Below, one piece after another: positions 38,462 to 48,240 of a stretch of 64,000 nucleotides of DNA. The first letter of the stretch is position 1. Each line of letters opens with the position of its first letter. Under the pieces are notes generated by a model. It was not told the origin of the DNA and ran no database searches. It saw only the letters and a program-made list of their open reading frames with translations. The stretch is from sequence record PQ818761.1; one strand, 5' to 3'. The translations under genes and the position numbers were made by a program. The stretch comes from Escherichia phage EcoM2.

Positions 38462-38710
38462 ATGATGAATTATTTAAACATTCCCGACACTTGCAGACTG
38501 TTAACGCAACCAGAAAATTTAGGTAAGGCTTACCTATACCATATGCCAAATAATACGGCAAAAACTTATAGTTACACTGTTAACCGATTCACGGCATACG
38601 CTGCAAAAAACGGTTACAAGGTTGTTACTCAAAAAGTAACACTGTTTACAACTGTTGAGGAACTCCCCACGGTTGCAGTTAAACTGATTTTTTCAAAGAA
38701 AACTAAATAG
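38462..38710 (+). CDS. hypothetical protein (small-gene array 10)
   Basis: 82 aa ORF. Confidence 0.5.
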   Translation: MMNYLNIPDTCRLLTQPENLGKAYLYHMPNNTAKTYSYTVNRFTAYAAKNGYKVVTQKVTLFTTVEELPTVAVKLIFSKKTK

Positions 38711-38795
38711 ATTTCTTTACACGGGGTTATCAAGCTGATAAGATAGCCCCAGATAAAGAAATTTATCAAATAAATCCTAAACTGGAGATTCAAAA
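38711..38795 (+). repeat. type B-variant hairpin/leader cassette, copy 2
   Basis: TTTCTTTACACGGGGTTATCAAG...GATAGCCCC, near-identical to 36316 copy. Confidence 0.6.
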
Positions 38796-39338
38796 ATGAA
38801 ATGTTTTCACGGTACTACTCAAGAAAACTTTATCAACCTGATTAATAACGGTGATAAACCATCAGGCGCATGGAATTGTTCTGATATGGATGGGAATTTT
38901 TACGTTTACCCAGAGAATAAAATCTATGGCGACGATGAGGAAGAAATAATCTTTGAAGGTATCCAGCAAGCTCTGGGCAATGCCACTATCACCGCAGCTT
39001 TTCAGATGAAAACTCAAAACATTGTTATCTTGGAACTTGAGATTCCAGAAGATGAGCTAAACGATGATTATTCTTGTGATAATATGTCGAGCGTGGCAAG
39101 TTTTACAGAATATTTCGATTTAAATTGGATTAAAAAGGTTTACATCACTGAATTTAATGCTATGTATTCGCCTTTTTGTCTTCCTTCACTGGATAACCCA
39201 AATATGAATTATCTTGATGAGACATTAGAACTACTTGCTAAAAGTGTTCAACAATCGGACAGTATTCAGGTTTTTTGTGACATCATGGACACACTAACGG
39301 AAAACATCGCAGAAGAGGATTTAAAGAGCTTTTTCTAA
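38796..39338 (+). CDS. hypothetical acidic protein (small-gene array 11)
   Basis: 180 aa ORF. Confidence 0.55.
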   Translation: MKCFHGTTQENFINLINNGDKPSGAWNCSDMDGNFYVYPENKIYGDDEEEIIFEGIQQALGNATITAAFQMKTQNIVILELEIPEDELNDDYSCDNMSSVASFTEYFDLNWIKKVYITEFNAMYSPFCLPSLDNPNMNYLDETLELLAKSVQQSDSIQVFCDIMDTLTENIAEEDLKSFF

Positions 39339-39404
39339 AACCCTATGCAATCACATTATAAACACTATTCAGCCCCTTGTAGGGGCTTTTAAGAGGCTTA
39401 AATC

Positions 39405-39638
39405 ATGCTTACAACCGTTTATCTTATCCTTTCTATATGTAATGGTCATTCATGCGATTTTAAAGGGCTTGAAGAGTTTACAGGAAGTAAAGAAAATGCT
39501 ATTCAAGTTTGCCAGATAGCGAGACAAGACTATCCCGCAAGTGATGATATTCAGTGTTACTTTAAGACAGAAGATGAAGACGGTATCTATTTTGACAGTG
39601 TAGATGGTCAGTATGAAATTATCATTGAAAAAGACTAG
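39405..39638 (+). CDS. hypothetical protein (small-gene array 12)
   Basis: 77 aa ORF preceded by a CAGCCCCTTGTAGGGGCTTTT hairpin. Confidence 0.45.
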   Translation: MLTTVYLILSICNGHSCDFKGLEEFTGSKENAIQVCQIARQDYPASDDIQCYFKTEDEDGIYFDSVDGQYEIIIEKD

Positions 39639-39670
39639 ACAAGCCTGATAAAAATCTGTAAATTGTCAAT

Positions 39671-39729
39671 CAACGGGGAGGGAATGACCTTCCCCACTAA
39701 ATAAAGTCCTTAAACTAGGAGATTCAAAA
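39671..39729 (+). repeat. type A hairpin/leader cassette, copy 4
   Basis: caacGGGGAGGGaatgaCCTTCCCC plus leader. Confidence 0.7.
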
Positions 39730-40071
39730 ATGGCTTATGTAACCGTAATTACCGATAAAGCTGGCGCATCTTGGTCAACTCAAGTAAGCGATAAGATGTC
39801 ACCTATGCAGTGCCTAAAATACTTTGAACAGTGGAATAAAGGCGAGGACACAAGCCCCTTTCAAGTGATGCAGATTATCCATGTAGACAACGAAGGGAAT
39901 AAAACTGTTTTGAACAGTGAGTACTATGCAACCCGATTTGAAACGAGAAGTAAAACAATGAAACTTTTACGTGAATCCGGTTATTCCCATATCGCCGCGT
40001 TAATCTGGGATGACCTGCTAAAAAACCAACGTATCAGCTATGTAAAACCTGAAAAAATATTCATCAGTTAA
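39730..40071 (+). CDS. hypothetical protein (small-gene array 13)
   Basis: 113 aa ORF. Confidence 0.5.
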   Translation: MAYVTVITDKAGASWSTQVSDKMSPMQCLKYFEQWNKGEDTSPFQVMQIIHVDNEGNKTVLNSEYYATRFETRSKTMKLLRESGYSHIAALIWDDLLKNQRISYVKPEKIFIS

Positions 40072-40235
40072 TCAATAACTTACAAAAAACTTTCAAAAAA
40101 GTATTGACAAAGCCCCTTGACATTGGTAGATTTGTTCGAGGGGGTTTATCTAAAAGGGATTAACTTAAAAGATTCTTTATAGATAAGCTCAAAAAATTAC
40201 TTGCAATCAACTATCAAAACAAGTAAATTACTAAT

Positions 40236-40291
40236 CAACGGGAAGGCAATAACCTCCCCACTAAATAAAGTCCTAAACTGGAGATTCTAAA
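40236..40291 (+). repeat. type A hairpin/leader cassette, copy 5
   Basis: caacGGGAAGGcaataaCCTCCCC plus leader. Confidence 0.65.
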
Positions 40292-40822
40292 ATGAACAAA
40301 TTTCAAGCTATCAACTTCATTCGTTCAAATGCTGTAATGTCAAAGCCTGTTAAAGACACCTATGAATTTCGTTGTAATGGTGTACATTTTGCAACAATCA
40401 CCAAATCAGAAAACGGGGCTTATTACGTCCATCGTCGTAATGTTTCTACTGTTGTAGTTTCTCACTTTATGCAAGCTGTCGCGGAACTTCTCCCGATGTT
40501 TTTAGGTCTTTACTTAGATGAGTGTAAAAACGTTCACAATCACGTTAAAAACCTTTTAAACAGTTATAAAATGGCTTATGAACGTTCTATCAAGTCCTTA
40601 AACAAGTTTTACAACGCACCTGAAAATACTGTGTCAATGGCCTATGCTGTAAATGGTGATGCGGTGAGTCTCTTTGAAGTGGAAGAAATCAAGCTGCATG
40701 ATTTACGCACTAGCGGTTACTCTAAGACTCTCGGTGAAGGTTTAACGTTCAATATCAAGAACTTAGAAAAAACTTTAAAAGATATTGAAAAAGATATTGA
40801 CGAGACAATCAAAAGTCTGTAA
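40292..40822 (+). CDS. hypothetical protein (small-gene array 14)
   Basis: 176 aa ORF. Confidence 0.55.
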   Translation: MNKFQAINFIRSNAVMSKPVKDTYEFRCNGVHFATITKSENGAYYVHRRNVSTVVVSHFMQAVAELLPMFLGLYLDECKNVHNHVKNLLNSYKMAYERSIKSLNKFYNAPENTVSMAYAVNGDAVSLFEVEEIKLHDLRTSGYSKTLGEGLTFNIKNLEKTLKDIEKDIDETIKSL

Positions 40823-40831
40823 ATTGTCAAT

Positions 40832-40888
40832 CAACGGGGAGGGAATGACCTTCCCCACTAAGTAAAATCCTAAACTGGAGTTATCAAG
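40832..40888 (+). repeat. type A hairpin/leader cassette, copy 6
   Basis: caacGGGGAGGGaatgaCCTTCCCC plus divergent leader. Confidence 0.65.
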
Positions 40889-41152
40889 ATGGAAAACGTA
40901 GAATTAACCACACTTTTACAAATTGCAACCGACAAAGAAGACGTAGCATTATTTCACCGTATCGAAAGCGATTTATTCAATGGTGAAATCATCAAAGAAT
41001 CTTATGAAGTTGTCGGATTCAAAGATGGTAAAGCATTTGGCTTTTTTGACCTCGACAAAGGCAACGCGGTTACAAAATACGATGTTTTATCTTGTGAGAT
41101 TCTGACAAAATACAACGAAAAAAGGCTTGCAACATACGCCAACATGCAGTAA
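40889..41152 (+). CDS. hypothetical protein (small-gene array 15)
   Basis: 87 aa ORF. Confidence 0.5.
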   Translation: MENVELTTLLQIATDKEDVALFHRIESDLFNGEIIKESYEVVGFKDGKAFGFFDLDKGNAVTKYDVLSCEILTKYNEKRLATYANMQ

Positions 41153-41161
41153 ATTATCAAT

Positions 41162-41218
41162 CAACGGGAGGCGATAACCTCCCCACTAAATAAAACCCTT
41201 AAACTAGGAGATTCAAAA
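41162..41218 (+). repeat. type A hairpin/leader cassette, copy 7
   Basis: caacGGGAGGcgataaCCTCCCC plus leader. Confidence 0.65.
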
Positions 41219-41467
41219 ATGGCAACTATCCGCGCAACTGTCAATGCTTATGGCTGTTATACTCTGGACGTTAAATTTGATATTGGTGGAACTGATGAGT
41301 GTTTTTCATTAGTGAAGACAGTTATCAAGCAAGTTATCCCAGATTATAACCCTACTGATGACTTCTGGAAAGACGCTGTAAAAGAGGCATTAAACGACGA
41401 GCATCACTATCATTACTGGGGTGACTTGATTATCTCACTGTACTACAATAAACAAGGTTACAACTAA
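41219..41467 (+). CDS. hypothetical protein (small-gene array 16)
   Basis: 82 aa ORF. Confidence 0.5.
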   Translation: MATIRATVNAYGCYTLDVKFDIGGTDECFSLVKTVIKQVIPDYNPTDDFWKDAVKEALNDEHHYHYWGDLIISLYYNKQGYN

Positions 41468-41505
41468 TCGACGCAACGGGGCTAAATAGCCCCAGATACC
41501 TTCAC

Positions 41506-41528
41506 AGCCCCATTTAAGGGGCTTTTTT
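41506..41528 (+). terminator. rho-independent terminator
   Basis: AGCCCC-atttaa-GGGGCT hairpin followed by TTTTTT; ends the rightward small-gene array. Confidence 0.6.
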
Positions 41529-41529
41529 A

Positions 41530-43128
41530 CGTCTATGTAATAGCCCCTATACAATCCTTTCCCTTTCCTTTCCAGAATCTTACTAGACCTTAAAAGCAAT
41601 AACTCTATAGCTTACTCTATAACCCCTTATCAAATCAACTTAAATATAAGCCCATAACCCGAAAGGGAAGGGCAACCGTTTAAACGCTCTATAAAGCTCT
41701 ATAACAGCCTTATCAACCTAACTTAAGGGATTGCATTACCTCACCCTTAAAAGCCCTTTATAAAGCTTCTCAGAGCCTTAAAAGAATCTTATAAGGGTGT
41801 AAGCTTTATTATCTCGTTAGTTCCTTGTGAATATCTAGAAAGGGCTATGAGATAGGAATCTATCGAATCCTATTGTTAGTGTCTTAAAAGTGTGTTATAG
41901 GGGCTATGAAGTTACTTCAAAGTTGCTTAAAAGTTACGTAAATGCTAGCCCCCTTAACATTTTCTTAACAATTTCTTAACAAACCCTACATAGTTATGCT
42001 TTTAAGGCACTTGTTAGCAACTTGTTAGCCCCTTGTTAAATCTCTGTTAAAACCACGTAAAAGCCTTGTAAGAGTCTTTGACATAGCCTTAAAAGCTCCT
42101 GTAAAGCTCTATAAAAAGGTGTCTGTACAGTTGGGGTGTAATTACTAGGAAGAGACTTAAAAGAGCTTACAAAGAGCTATAGAGAGCTTTTAAGAGGTAT
42201 GTTTAAGGAATCACTAAGAAAGGAAAGGGAATGATAAGAAAAGGGATAGTGACCATGTTAATAGCTTGTTAAAAAGATTAGACACTTGTTAGGAACTTGT
42301 TAATTATCTTAACAAAATAACTCTTAAAAATTAACTTGTTAGCTCTTGTTAGTCACTGTTAAGACTCTGTAAAGACCATGTATCGACTGTTAAGAACTTG
42401 TTACAGCCTTGTTAGTTCTGTTAAGAGTCTGTTAAGACCTCTGAAGAGATGTTAAGAGCTTGAGAGAGTTGTTAAGAGATTGTTAAGGATATTTTAAAAT
42501 TCTGCAAAGGGGATGTTACAGGGATGTTAAGGGCTACCAAGCAGATATACATCCTAGACAGATATTTTTCAGTTCCTTCAAAAACCCTAAAAAATGACTT
42601 GATAGCCCTATTTTATAAAAATTTTAAAAATCTGAATAATTACCTAGACAGTCTTTCAAAAATACAGGTAGAAACAGGCTTATAAGATACCTTGTTAGTA
42701 CCGTGTTAGACCTTGTGAGATAAGGTCTGTAAAGATATTCCTGTTAAGTTTGTTAAAACAGTCTATATAGAGGCTTAGTAATACCTAGTGAACACCTATA
42801 GAGGGTCATCTATGTGACATAGAGATTAAGAGGTGTATAGGAGCTTCTAAGAATGTGTAGAGAGATGGTTAAGGTGATTGTATAGGTTGTTAAGAATGCT
42901 TGTTAGAAGAGTGTTTAGAAGGGCTATACAGATGGGCTATTAAGACCACTAGATAGATACTAAGATACTATATAGTACTATATAACTGTATATAGAGAGT
43001 AAGCTTAAGAAGGGTGTTAAGAAGGATAGATATTTTATTCACATATGATGGTGACCCAGAGGTTGGGACAACCGATAAAATTTTATAAAAATTAAAAAGC
43101 CCCCAATTAAGGAGGCTCTTAAGATATT
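41530..43128. repeat. ORF-free repeat-rich region with iteron-like short direct repeats
   Basis: About 1.6 kb with no ORF of 60 aa or more on either strand; more than 20 copies of TGTTAAG / CTTGTTAG, locally at about 11-bp spacing (42330-42540), plus CTTAAAAG and GCTCTATAA repeats. Confidence 0.6.
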
Positions 43129-43722
43129 TTAAATCAGTGTTTCCAGAACTGTCTTCAGTGATGACTTGGTTGTCTGATAAAAATGAGTAAATCCATTGTT
43201 GTTATCGAATACCTGCATCATGATATCATCTCCCTTGATTGGGTACACTCGAATATCATAGTGAAACCCATTAAAGACAGCAGAACCATTACAGAATGAA
43301 CTGAAATCATCCACTGAGATATACTCTTCATGACCTGTGATTTTTATACAAACACCTTTACTCGGTCTCTTAGGGTTGATATCTTCCATCACAGACATAC
43401 TCTGTCCACCAAGAGATACCATAGTGACCACTTTACGGTTCTTCTGTCTAAAGTACATCTTAACTTTCTGCAAAGTGTCTTCATAGAACGGATAAGACTT
43501 CTCTACAAAGATTCCTTCTAACGGCTCTTTACCATTTTCAACTTCTCTGTTATGCCGTACTGCAAAGATAATTTGTTGGAACCAGTCAAAATTTTCTTCG
43601 GAGAGTCCTTCCCGAATATCATTCCAGTCAAGGACTAGGTAGTTACCTTCAACTTCTTTTAAGTTATCTTTTTCCATATCTATCACACCATTATCGTAAA
43701 ACTTGGTACTCTGGAACTGCAA
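43129..43722 (-). CDS. hypothetical protein
   Basis: 197 aa ORF; first of the leftward block converging on the repeat region. Confidence 0.5.
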   Translation of the reverse strand: MQFQSTKFYDNGVIDMEKDNLKEVEGNYLVLDWNDIREGLSEENFDWFQQIIFAVRHNREVENGKEPLEGIFVEKSYPFYEDTLQKVKMYFRQKNRKVVTMVSLGGQSMSVMEDINPKRPSKGVCIKITGHEEYISVDDFSSFCNGSAVFNGFHYDIRVYPIKGDDIMMQVFDNNNGFTHFYQTTKSSLKTVLETLI

Positions 43723-44158
43723 ACTTGTTGTTGTTGTTCTTCTTAATGAGGTCTTCTTCTGTTACTAAAAATGTAAGACCACACAAGTGTGTATATCTGC
43801 TATCATACTCAAATATTTTAAGTAAGTATTTACCATCATGATAAACAGACTCTACTACACCTTTTGCAACAATCTTTCCAGTCTTGAAATCTTTAAGAGG
43901 GTATACATTACCAACTTTAGGGACTGTTTTCATCTCAGGTTCTTTTAGTTTCTCACCAACTTCTACATCACCTAGTAAGTTAGAACTTTCAAAAGCTACA
44001 TATTGCATATAAGCCTCTGAGCATTCCCAGATAAAGCAACTTACAAGAACCTTAGCAGCATGTCTTGAACAATTCAGCTTATCACAAATCTCTATGTACA
44101 TTTCATGTTTAGTTGAATTGTTAAGCATGGCTTTTTGAACGACTTCTTTAATTTTCAT
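43691..44158 (-). CDS. hypothetical protein
   Basis: 155 aa ORF. Confidence 0.45.
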   Translation of the reverse strand: MKIKEVVQKAMLNNSTKHEMYIEICDKLNCSRHAAKVLVSCFIWECSEAYMQYVAFESSNLLGDVEVGEKLKEPEMKTVPKVGNVYPLKDFKTGKIVAKGVVESVYHDGKYLLKIFEYDSRYTHLCGLTFLVTEEDLIKKNNNNKFAVPEYQVLR

Positions 44159-44570
44159 AAGCTCTCCGAATAACCCTATTAAGCATCTCTAAAGTCAGCT
44201 TTCCAGATTCTAAATGCGGCATAATAAGCTTTAAAGCTTCTTCAACATCATGCACAACATCTATTATACCTTCTTCATAGGCTTCTACAAGGATATCTTT
44301 TACACCGATATAGCCTTCATTGATGAGGATTTGCATATCAAAATCTTTCGATTGCTTGTTTAACTTACCTCTCCAATACCCATCAGCATTAAAAGATATC
44401 ACTTCGCACTCTTTAAAACCCATATCATCTGCATTGAATGGAGTAATTATTGTGCATTGGATTGGATACTCTACACCAGTGTAGTCAACATCAAAGACCT
44501 TCACAGAAGTGAGTGGTTTCTTTGTTTTAGAGCAATAAACTGTCAATCTTTTACCAATAAGCTCTTTCAT
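44148..44570 (-). CDS. hypothetical protein
   Basis: 140 aa ORF. Confidence 0.45.
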   Translation of the reverse strand: MKELIGKRLTVYCSKTKKPLTSVKVFDVDYTGVEYPIQCTIITPFNADDMGFKECEVISFNADGYWRGKLNKQSKDFDMQILINEGYIGVKDILVEAYEEGIIDVVHDVEEALKLIMPHLESGKLTLEMLNRVIRRAYEN

Positions 44571-44623
44571 TTCGCTACCTTCTAAGTTCCTACAAAGGGG
44601 CTATCAAGTAACCCCTCAAGTTA

Positions 44624-44848
44624 TTACTCAGACTTTTCAGCCTTCTTATCGGATTTCTTACTAGTCTTCTTCTCAGCTTTCTGCTCAGGTTCCTTCTCAG
44701 AAGTTGCCTTGATAACCATATCAAGAAGCTCTGATAAGTCACTCTTCAGTAGTGTAACAGGCTGCTCGTTGTAGAAGTTTTTGTCAAGATAAACTTTGAA
44801 CTCTTCTATAGAAGGAAATCCAAAAATTGGTACAGGTGTCTTAATCAT
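44624..44848 (-). CDS. hypothetical protein
   Basis: 74 aa ORF with Lys-rich C-terminus. Confidence 0.4.
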   Translation of the reverse strand: MIKTPVPIFGFPSIEEFKVYLDKNFYNEQPVTLLKSDLSELLDMVIKATSEKEPEQKAEKKTSKKSDKKAEKSE

Positions 44849-44924
44849 TACTTAGTCTCTCCATAGGCATCTTTCAAGATTGCCTTGTTAATCATTTCAG
44901 CGATTGCAAAACGAACACATACAG

Positions 44925-45458
44925 CTATAATTGTAGGTTGCATTCTTTACTTACCTCTTCAAGTTTAACCTCAGAGTCCTTGAGTCGTTTCTTATGAACT
45001 CTGAATCTTAGTAGTGAGATGATGATACCAACTAAAGGAACAGCATACAAGTACCAAACATCATATACCTTTGCAGTAATCTGTGTAATGGTCAAGTCTT
45101 GAGCTATGGAACTGATTGCTGATACTGCAAGTAATGTTGCTAGGAAAAATGCCAGTACCATGACAATACTTAAACAACCTCTGGCATGGTGTTCATGCTT
45201 AATGCACTTATTCTTTTCGTCAACAACCCTGTTGTAGTCGTTTGTAAAGTCTCTGTAGAAAGCTTTCAAGTATTCTTTATTGTAGCCTTCAAAGCAACCT
45301 GTACCGTACCAATAATCACCACCAAAATGTGCTATGATACCAGTATCTCCATTTGGTTTTGTTACTCTTAGGGAAGTATGATGGCGAGTATCCTGATAAT
45401 CTATCTTGTATCTTTCTTCGTAAATCATTTTCCAACCCCTCTCAATCGTTTGTTCCAC
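44925..45458 (-). CDS. hypothetical membrane protein
   Basis: 177 aa with a central hydrophobic segment (LSIVMVLAFFLATLLAVSAISSIA). Confidence 0.45.
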   Translation of the reverse strand: MEQTIERGWKMIYEERYKIDYQDTRHHTSLRVTKPNGDTGIIAHFGGDYWYGTGCFEGYNKEYLKAFYRDFTNDYNRVVDEKNKCIKHEHHARGCLSIVMVLAFFLATLLAVSAISSIAQDLTITQITAKVYDVWYLYAVPLVGIIISLLRFRVHKKRLKDSEVKLEEVSKECNLQL

Positions 45459-45658
45459 TCAAGGTCAACAAGTCTTTGCAGGACTTTCCCTCTAGGTGTT
45501 ACACCTTTTAAGTCTGCATCGTAGCAACGGTAAAAGTCACCTTCAGCGTGTTTACCATAGCATTTCCTGATATTCTGACTTCTACGGTATTGTTCTAATA
45601 GAGACAGCCTGTAGTAATCTTCAACTGTAGTTAGTTTTTTCATTCTTCCACCACGCAT
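45425..45658 (-). CDS. hypothetical protein
   Basis: 77 aa ORF. Confidence 0.35.
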   Translation of the reverse strand: MRGGRMKKLTTVEDYYRLSLLEQYRRSQNIRKCYGKHAEGDFYRCYDADLKGVTPRGKVLQRLVDLEWNKRLRGVGK

Positions 45659-45726
45659 CTTCTTAAGAAACTAAAAAGGGAACTACCTCTCGATAGCTCC
45701 CATCATAATCAGTGTTGTATACTCGG

Positions 45727-46308
45727 TCAAGAGTATTTTTTAGGCAGTAATGCACTACGCTTGTTACTCTCTTCACTCAATAGTGCAATGAAATCATCAC
45801 TTTTACCTTTCCACGGGCTGAATGAAGGGATATGTTCACGAATGGCTTCAATCACTGTCTTCAGTGCTGTATTCTTCATCCACCAATCAGAATCTGCTGA
45901 TGCTACAACATAGTACCCGCCATCATCAGTAAGGATTGGCTCTGAGATACATGGTGAAATCAGAGTGGTGATGATTGAACCATTATTCATGTAGTATGTG
46001 CGCTTCATAACCTTTTCAAGAAGCTTGTGAAGGTCACCAAACAATGTTACAAGCTCTTTGTGGTCAATATCTTTTTCGAGGCTTGCTCGATACTTCAATA
46101 GTGCAGCATCAACCTCTCTGTCATTGAACTTGAAATATTGAACTTCATCAACAAGGCAAACACTGATGTTGTTAACATTCATGGTCAACTTACAGACTTT
46201 TGCAGGAGAGTTGATGCTTGGTTGAAAAAGTGCAATACACCCTTCAATATTTCCAAAGTGTTGTACTAGTGTCACTTGTGGAGTGGTATTCTGTTGCTCT
46301 TCGGACAT
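45727..46308 (-). CDS. hypothetical protein
   Basis: 193 aa ORF. Confidence 0.5.
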   Translation of the reverse strand: MSEEQQNTTPQVTLVQHFGNIEGCIALFQPSINSPAKVCKLTMNVNNISVCLVDEVQYFKFNDREVDAALLKYRASLEKDIDHKELVTLFGDLHKLLEKVMKRTYYMNNGSIITTLISPCISEPILTDDGGYYVVASADSDWWMKNTALKTVIEAIREHIPSFSPWKGKSDDFIALLSEESNKRSALLPKKYS

Positions 46309-46652
46309 TACAGTTTCCTCATTAAATACTTTTTAAGTTGTGTGTTAGGTTTCTCAAAAACTTCTATAGAAGATATCTTGACAGATTCACCACGCATACC
46401 AGTATGTTTGAATATATAATACTCTAACATCCCTATGTACTTTGCTGGTAAGTCATATTTTACATATACCGTTACAGAATCTTCAAACTCAACAACCTTT
46501 GTACCATCTTTGTAGTTAAACTCTTTAGGGTGGTTGTAGTTGTCTATGTCGTACATTAAAAAGAGTCTTTTACGTTGTAAGTCAAGCTTATTTGTTAAAG
46601 ACTCTTTGATATCTGAGAAGTTTTTGTACACTGTGACATGGAGCTTACTCAT
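46308..46652 (-). CDS. hypothetical protein
   Basis: 114 aa ORF; 1-nt overlap with neighbour. Confidence 0.45.
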   Translation of the reverse strand: MSKLHVTVYKNFSDIKESLTNKLDLQRKRLFLMYDIDNYNHPKEFNYKDGTKVVEFEDSVTVYVKYDLPAKYIGMLEYYIFKHTGMRGESVKISSIEVFEKPNTQLKKYLMRKL

Positions 46653-46938
46653 CGTTAAACTCTCTGACGAAGAAATAGTTGACTTTGTTATTACCTACCA
46701 TAAGGTCAAAGCAGGTATTCTCAAAAGGTTTGTTGTAGGCATCATATGAAACATATGGGTCAGCTACTTGCTTAGTGCTTAACTTCTTACTTGATGGGTT
46801 TAAGAGGCCACCATATAGTTTCTTGATAGCCTCTTCTACAACAGACCAGATAATTTCGTCAGTAATTTCTTCGTACAGGTCAAGTTCACGCTCTAGTGAG
46901 AAGTCACAAATAGGGAAAACAACCTGTACTTTACTCAT
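46645..46938 (-). CDS. hypothetical protein
   Basis: 97 aa ORF. Confidence 0.45.
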   Translation of the reverse strand: MSKVQVVFPICDFSLERELDLYEEITDEIIWSVVEEAIKKLYGGLLNPSSKKLSTKQVADPYVSYDAYNKPFENTCFDLMVGNNKVNYFFVREFNDE

Positions 46939-47333
46939 TAACGAATAACCTGTGAGACTTGAATTGCTTCAGTTACTGACAAATCACCCACTTTCTCTTC
47001 TTTGATAAAAGTGAAGGTGAGTTCAACAGGCTCTTGCTCTTCTTGCTCAACTGGAACACCATTAAGCTCATCAAAGATTGATTGAGTTGTCCAGTCTTCT
47101 CCACCATCTGGGTAGTGGATTGCGTAAAGAGGGAACTCTAAATTATACCAAGCAAAAACAGGACAACCATCGGCATCATCTCGACATCTGTGGAGATATG
47201 TGTTTGTACCTTCAAAATGCAAATGCAGATTGCCATTCTTCTCAAATAGGAGAGCATCTTGCAGGTCTAATTCTTCATTTTCACTGTAACGACTGACATC
47301 AACTTTAACGTGGATATGACTGCTATTATTCAT
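46938..47333 (-). CDS. hypothetical protein
   Basis: 131 aa ORF. Confidence 0.45.
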   Translation of the reverse strand: MNNSSHIHVKVDVSRYSENEELDLQDALLFEKNGNLHLHFEGTNTYLHRCRDDADGCPVFAWYNLEFPLYAIHYPDGGEDWTTQSIFDELNGVPVEQEEQEPVELTFTFIKEEKVGDLSVTEAIQVSQVIR

Positions 47334-47724
47334 AAAAACCTCTCTCTGCTTGTTCGATTTTCGCTTTTAGGACTTCACACCGTTCAATGTGATATCTGGC
47401 TTCATTCTCATGTGTCGCCAAAGTTCTTTCAAGAATGGTTTTATAGTAACCTGCAAGTTGCTCTCTTGTCAAGGGGTGTTCTGAAATAATATCAAGACCA
47501 CTTTCCCCTAGAGTATTAAACTGCCCGTGTTCATTTACATGGTAAGTCTCAAACTTGAATAGTCCATTGTTAGCAGATTCAATAGGCGATAGCTCAGCTA
47601 ACTCAACAGTAAACCTTGTGTGTACCCTATCTCCAACTGTAACAACGTTACTCCCAATGATTCTCACCATTGAGCCATTACGAGTGTACTTAAAAGTCCC
47701 AAAGTCACTAGCCCAAAGTTTCAT
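47326..47724 (-). CDS. hypothetical protein
   Basis: 132 aa ORF. Confidence 0.45.
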   Translation of the reverse strand: MKLWASDFGTFKYTRNGSMVRIIGSNVVTVGDRVHTRFTVELAELSPIESANNGLFKFETYHVNEHGQFNTLGESGLDIISEHPLTREQLAGYYKTILERTLATHENEARYHIERCEVLKAKIEQAERGFYE

Positions 47725-47743
47725 AGTTTTCTCCTTAGAAAAT

Positions 47744-47767
47744 AAAAAAGGCTCCCGAAGGAGCCTA
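47744..47767 (-). terminator. rho-independent terminator (minus strand)
   Basis: Reverse complement reads GGCTCC-TTCG-GGAGCC followed by TTTTTT, just downstream of the lysozyme gene. Confidence 0.6.
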
Positions 47768-47775
47768 TGAAGATA

Positions 47776-48240
47776 TTACTTTGGATATACACTGTCAAGA
47801 TAAATGTCAGCTTCCATTCTACGTCTGTTTTTCAGTCCGTTTGAAGTGACCTTCTGACCTTTGACTGTAACCTTGTTCCACCACTGCATAGCTTCTGCAC
47901 AACCTACCTTATTACCAGCATTGTGGCGCTTGATAAATGTAGAATCCTGCATAGCTGTGATACCGATGTTGTATGTTTCACTTACAAGTGCATCGAACTC
48001 ATTCTGAGAGGTTGGAACCTTGATAGCTTTATTCACTGCTGCAACGAACTTCTCAACATCTGCAAGAAGATACTGTTCAGCTTGTTCAGCAGTAATTTTC
48101 ATACCCATCTTAACAGGTTTTCCGTCAATACGGATTGTACCATACCCAATTGTCGGGATTCCGGCAGAGTCTTCGTAAGCCTCTAACTTCAGACCTTCGA
48201 AGAACTTAATAGCTTCTAAACCTTTTCTTGAGAGTTGCAT
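47776..48240 (-). CDS. lysozyme (GH24, T4 e / lambda R-like)
   Basis: N-terminal FFEGLKLEAYEDSAGIPTIGYGT matches the phage lysozyme catalytic E...D...T region. Confidence 0.8.
   Translation of the reverse strand: MQLSRKGLEAIKFFEGLKLEAYEDSAGIPTIGYGTIRIDGKPVKMGMKITAEQAEQYLLADVEKFVAAVNKAIKVPTSQNEFDALVSETYNIGITAMQDSTFIKRHNAGNKVGCAEAMQWWNKVTVKGQKVTSNGLKNRRRMEADIYLDSVYPK

Noticed and set aside
41900-42560. Possible CRISPR array suggested by dense short repeats
   Set aside because: Repeat units are only 7-9 bp, degenerate and irregularly spaced with no unique spacers of uniform length, and there are no cas genes; better described as iteron-like repeats.
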